From the IMG/VR virus record IMGVR_UViG_3300003332_000138, positions 1-59,511 of that record: 59,511 nucleotides of DNA. One strand, given 5' to 3'. The DNA comes from a virus. Lineage: Duplodnaviria; Caudoviricetes. The first letter of the stretch is position 1; the number at the start of each line of letters is the position of its first letter. The notes below the pieces were generated by a model. The model was not told where the DNA came from and searched no databases. It was given only the letters and a program-made list of their open reading frames with translations. Below are positions 56,005 to 59,511 of this stretch, piece by piece. The translations under genes and the position numbers were made by a program.

Positions 56005-56580
56005 ATGTGGAAAAGAATTTGTTACCTGATGGTTTGTTTGAGTCTATTCGGGTTGAGTGGATGTGGAAGCATGTTTTCTTCACGGGGTGCTGAGAACACT
56101 ATGGTGGTAGCTTCTCCAGCCTTTGAAGGGTTGAACGAAAACCAGGAAGCATTTGGTTACCTATCTGATGAGTTTAGAGAGAATAACTCATTTACCGACA
56201 AAGAAAGTCAAACCCTTATCCAAGCTGAAGGTGCTTTACTAAGTGAGTTTACTTATCTCCAAGAGATAACCACAGTAGCAGGGTCTGTTCCATATTATGA
56301 ATATGTTGCGGCCTATAAACGGATTAAGCGTAACGTTAAAATCATGGGAACAATCCTTGATGCTTATATCCAAAAGTACCCACGATCCACTCAGATTATT
56401 TACTCAATGACAAGAGGAAACATTGCTTATCTATTCCATGTCATGAATACGTCCATATACACTGCTGACGAAGAAATTTCAGGTAGAGAAGCGTCTACTG
56501 TGGTAACTCAGTTCTCGCAACTCTATAAAGCAGTAAAGCCCTTGATATCAACGGCTACTGTTGCTGCTACTGTTCTGTAG
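56005..56580 (+). CDS. Lipoprotein
   Basis: Lipobox LSGC; AGGAG SD. Confidence 0.7.
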   Translation: MWKRICYLMVCLSLFGLSGCGSMFSSRGAENTMVVASPAFEGLNENQEAFGYLSDEFRENNSFTDKESQTLIQAEGALLSEFTYLQEITTVAGSVPYYEYVAAYKRIKRNVKIMGTILDAYIQKYPRSTQIIYSMTRGNIAYLFHVMNTSIYTADEEISGREASTVVTQFSQLYKAVKPLISTATVAATVL

Positions 56581-56587
56581 GTGAGTT

Positions 56588-57310
56588 ATGAAAACAATAC
56601 TTTCAATTATCATATTTGTTTTTATCCATAGCGGGGCATTTGCTGCTGTAGTCTGCATAGATTCCAGCAAGGCTATAACCCTACTTCCCGAACTACTGAG
56701 CGAAATTGCCTCTGATGAATGCGGTGGTACTACTGTTCCTATTCCCCCTGTCATCATCACACCCACGGCGGAAAAACCTGTTAAGTATTTGACAGATTAT
56801 AAATGGGAAGACAGTAATGAAGTGGTGCCAGGGAAGGCTATACTCCTCCCACCAAAATCATTAACAGGGAGTATCTTACGAACGTCTGTCAATGATGAGG
56901 AGATGAAGTTCCACTCTGTTTGGAGAAGTGGTGTAGAAATATGGTATGCCACTCACAATATTGCCCATTATGGAAAGGCAAGTCTTGAGGTAGAAACAAC
57001 CGAGACAATATACAGAACAAAGTCGGATGATCCTCCTCCAGCTTCTGCAAGAGAAGAGTTAATATACTGGGGTAGACATAATGGGGATCGCCCTACGTGG
57101 TACGGTAATCCTATAACTAAGCGAATGGATAAGTATCCAAGTGTACTTCGTGTGATTGTTCCAGGATGCCTTGATACGACAATAACTCATGACGGGAGAC
57201 GTAAGGTAGAGGGTGGCCTGATTGTAAAGCAGAGTGACGTTCCAGGTAGAGGGTTAGCCGTCATCTATAGCTCATCATGCAAATCTAAGAAAGCGTACTT
57301 GGACTATTGA
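56588..57310 (+). CDS. Secreted hypothetical protein
   Basis: Signal peptide MKTILSIIIFVFIHSGAFA. Confidence 0.65.
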   Translation: MKTILSIIIFVFIHSGAFAAVVCIDSSKAITLLPELLSEIASDECGGTTVPIPPVIITPTAEKPVKYLTDYKWEDSNEVVPGKAILLPPKSLTGSILRTSVNDEEMKFHSVWRSGVEIWYATHNIAHYGKASLEVETTETIYRTKSDDPPPASAREELIYWGRHNGDRPTWYGNPITKRMDKYPSVLRVIVPGCLDTTITHDGRRKVEGGLIVKQSDVPGRGLAVIYSSSCKSKKAYLDY

Positions 57311-57311
57311 T

Positions 57312-57413
57312 ATGAAGTCACTTATTACCATCCCCTTACTGATCATATTGGCCATAGGTGTCATACTCATTGCTGTAGTGTTTAAGCTTGTTGACTGGGG
57401 AGTTGAAGCATGA
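57312..57413 (+). CDS. 33-aa single-TM peptide (not in ORF track)
   Basis: MKSLITIPLLIILAIGVILIAVVFKLVDWGVEA; ATGA coupling. Confidence 0.5.
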   Translation: MKSLITIPLLIILAIGVILIAVVFKLVDWGVEA

Positions 57414-57841
57414 AATTAAAGTTTATTACTTATCGTGGAGTTCGCTACCTAGCCCCAACGCCATTTGACTTCTGTTATGAAGAAATAGAGGACTATGAGT
57501 CCTTCTGTGGAGCTGGCAAGGGTATAGGAGACCGTGCCGTGCCTGAGAACATTGGCGGCAAGAAGTGTTCTCACATCTGCCACATACATGACTTTTGCTG
57601 GTTCATAGCAATGAACTCAGTCCTTGATTTTATGATAAGTAATGCTGTTTTTATGTACAACTTCACAGTGTACCTTTTCCATAAAGTTGGTTTTTTCACT
57701 GGGGCATGGATGGTGGCCAAGGTCCTGCTGTACGTGGGATCAGTGTCCACTGTCGGGTATAGGATATTTAAGAATTTGAAACGGGAACAGTATGAAGATT
57801 TTGAAAATTTTAAGAAGTCTTTTGCCTCAACGGGGAGCTAA
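57410..57841 (+). CDS. Phospholipase A2-like / DUF1353-like protein
   Basis: CG.G...VPE.I.G.....IC.IHD.CW; Y..SV...G. Confidence 0.6.
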   Translation: MKLKFITYRGVRYLAPTPFDFCYEEIEDYESFCGAGKGIGDRAVPENIGGKKCSHICHIHDFCWFIAMNSVLDFMISNAVFMYNFTVYLFHKVGFFTGAWMVAKVLLYVGSVSTVGYRIFKNLKREQYEDFENFKKSFASTGS

Positions 57842-57930
57842 GGTTATTCCAGCTGTTGAGATGAAATTGCGTATAAAGGACATGGAAGAGCGCATTGCTC
57901 TCAGTAAAAATAAAAAAAAGGATAATGATA

Positions 57931-58155
57931 ATGGTAAGAGCAAAATTTAAGGTTGGTATTGTGAGTCACCTTGAGCATGGTGGTGAGGTTGTCCTGGAGG
58001 CGGTTACTTGCGGTTCAGAAGAAAATAAAAAATTCTGGAAATATACTCCTGCAGGACATTTAAAAATGCATATCGATAATCCAGAGGCTATGGCACAATT
58101 CAAGCCCGGGCAGGAATTTTATCTTGACCTGACACCAGCTCCTATCGGTGACTGA
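57931..58155 (+). CDS. Conserved phage hypothetical protein
   Basis: VRAKFKV...ENKKFWKYTP.G.....IDN..A...F.PG.EFY.D.T. Confidence 0.7.
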   Translation: MVRAKFKVGIVSHLEHGGEVVLEAVTCGSEENKKFWKYTPAGHLKMHIDNPEAMAQFKPGQEFYLDLTPAPIGD

Positions 58156-58753
58156 AATGACAGATGGTGAGGGATTCTTCAAAGATGCCTTAATGCGAAC
58201 CCTGGACATTGAGGGACTCTACTCAGACAACCCTCTTGACCCAGGAGGCGAAACCTTTATGGGGATCTCCAGGTATTGGCATCCTTCATGGATAGGGTGG
58301 GAAGTGCTCGACATATATGGCTACAGCGTTCTTCCTGAAGGTATGCGAGCAAACTTGCACCGCATGGTAGAAGATTTCTATAAATTTAATTTCTGGGATC
58401 GCCTGCAGGGGGAGAAACTTGCTAAGTTTTCTGAAGCTATTGCGGAAAAAGTTTTCGATACAGCGGTGAATCTATCTGTAACTGACTCAATAAAATGGCT
58501 ACAGGAAGCGCTTAATCTTTTAAACCGCAATACAGAATCATACCCTGACATGGTAGTTGATGGTCGTATCGGGAAAATAACAGTAGGCACCTTGGAAAGA
58601 TATTTAATCACTCGCCCAGGATCCCCAGAGCAAAATGAAAATCGATTATTGAAGGTGTTTGGTATTTTACAGGGCTATCACTATGTTCAAGAAATGAGAA
58701 AGTACCCTGAGAAGGAAATATTCAGAGGTTGGTTTGATAGGGCTGCTTCTTGA
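58148..58753 (+). CDS. Endolysin, GH108 family with peptidoglycan-binding domain
   Basis: EG.YSD.P.DPGGET..GIS, FYK..FW, FD.AVN, LQ.ALN, VDG.IG..T, F.GW..R. Confidence 0.93.
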   Translation: MTEMTDGEGFFKDALMRTLDIEGLYSDNPLDPGGETFMGISRYWHPSWIGWEVLDIYGYSVLPEGMRANLHRMVEDFYKFNFWDRLQGEKLAKFSEAIAEKVFDTAVNLSVTDSIKWLQEALNLLNRNTESYPDMVVDGRIGKITVGTLERYLITRPGSPEQNENRLLKVFGILQGYHYVQEMRKYPEKEIFRGWFDRAAS

Positions 58754-58759
58754 AATACA

Positions 58760-58787
58760 CGCAACAAATCCGCAACCCATACGCAAC
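58760..58787. repeat. Three CGCAAC direct repeats at 11-bp spacing (integrase arm-type site candidates)
   Basis: At 58760, 58771, 58782, ~50 bp from tRNA 3' end. Confidence 0.65.
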
Positions 58788-58788
58788 C

Positions 58789-58829
58789 AAAACTAAAACA
58801 GCCACTCAGAAAATGTCCTAAGTGGCTGT
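58789..58829 (-). terminator. Terminator downstream of tRNA
   Basis: ACAGCCACTTAG-loop-CTGAGTGGCTGT then TTTAGTTTT on - strand. Confidence 0.75.
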
Positions 58830-58836
58830 AATCGTT

Positions 58837-58911
58837 TGGTGACCCCAAGGGGAATCGAACCCCTGTTCCCGGCGTGAGAGGCCGGTGTCCTGACCGCTAG
58901 ACGATGGGGCC
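58837..58911 (-). tRNA. tRNA-Glu (anticodon CTC), probable integration target
   Basis: GGCCCCATCGTCTAGCGGTCAGGACACCGGCCTCTCACGCCGGGAACAGGGGTTCGATTCCCCTTGGGGTCACCA; cloverleaf, encoded CCA. Confidence 0.97.
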
Positions 58912-58965
58912 ATGATAGAGAGCGTTTTTACCTGTTTGGCTGAAACTTGTCAAGCTTTAGTTCCA

Positions 58966-59511
58966 TCACCTTTTGAGTTTGTTTGTGGATAGATTGTGGT
59001 CGTTAGTAAGTTGTGTGCCAAATCGAATACAGGACGCCAGCACATCCTTTTTGTTTTTAATAGCATCGATTTCTTCTACATTATTTATGAGCAAAGGTGC
59101 GCCATACTTTATGTCTAAAGTATCACAAAGGCATTGTATAACAAGTTCAGTCCCAGAAAATAATTTTTCACCTTTTGTAGCTGCACAGCTGAGTAGATAG
59201 CCTGAACGATTGATTGCTTGTGGCTGAACATTATGTAATAAATATTTCCGTGCCCATTGTGCCTGGCATCGGTCTATAAAAGTTTTTAGCTGTGCACTGA
59301 CGGAATAGAAATATATAGGGCTCACAAAAAAGAGTCGATGGGCCTCATCAATTTTATTATACAGCTCAGACATATCATCATTTATTATGCATTTTCCAGT
59401 CTTATTGCATCCTCCACATCCCTGACAAGGTTGAATATTAAGACTGTTCAGGTAAATATATTCCACACTGTTATGGGGAGATTGTAATATCCCACTGGCA
59501 ACTGCTTGTGC
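58966..59511 (-). CDS. Host flavodoxin-family / iron-sulfur flavoprotein (5' end outside window)
   Basis: I.PC.GC.GC...G.C.I.DDM, SPIYFY.VSAQLK.FIDR. Confidence 0.9.
   Translation of the reverse strand, partial: AQAVASGILQSPHNSVEYIYLNSLNIQPCQGCGGCNKTGKCIINDDMSELYNKIDEAHRLFFVSPIYFYSVSAQLKTFIDRCQAQWARKYLLHNVQPQAINRSGYLLSCAATKGEKLFSGTELVIQCLCDTLDIKYGAPLLINNVEEIDAIKNKKDVLASCIRFGTQLTNDHNLSTNKLKR

Larger units (their letters stand above)
1..58839. mobile_element. Temperate prophage (podovirus-like, 933W/P22-type head), right end at tRNA-Glu; left end outside window
   Basis: Contiguous immunity, replication, packaging, head, tail, ejection and lysis modules ending next to the 3' end of a tRNA; host-type gene beyond the tRNA. 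Confidence 0.95.

Overview
Almost the whole window (1 to ~58,840) is a temperate, short-tailed prophage with a 933W/P22-like head module, integrated at the 3' end of a host tRNA-Glu(CTC) at 58837-58911 (- strand). Its left end and probable integrase lie outside the window. Gene order: moron, cI/cro switch with visible operators, antirepressor, early accessory genes (DHH phosphoesterase, C5 and N6 DNA methyltransferases, DUF5131, a stand-alone CapW/BrxR-type wHTH), initiator with iterons plus DnaC-like loader, an internal tyrosine recombinase module, terminase-portal-scaffold-capsid, tail/LamG proteins, an ejection protein, a ~4,340-aa DarB-like polyvalent protein, a second structural operon, and a lysis region ending in a GH108 endolysin. 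A host flavodoxin-like gene follows the tRNA. Two candidate undescribed systems stand out. (1) Four late operons each begin with a related leader (hairpin with a YUGAUCM-type 7-nt loop, then a strong intrinsic terminator), with a 70-aa gene in the lambda-Q position. (2) The giant gene carries small +1-frame genes overprinted in its linkers, one TnpV-like with its own internal sigma70 promoter and SD. All family calls come from motif recognition by eye, not database searches.
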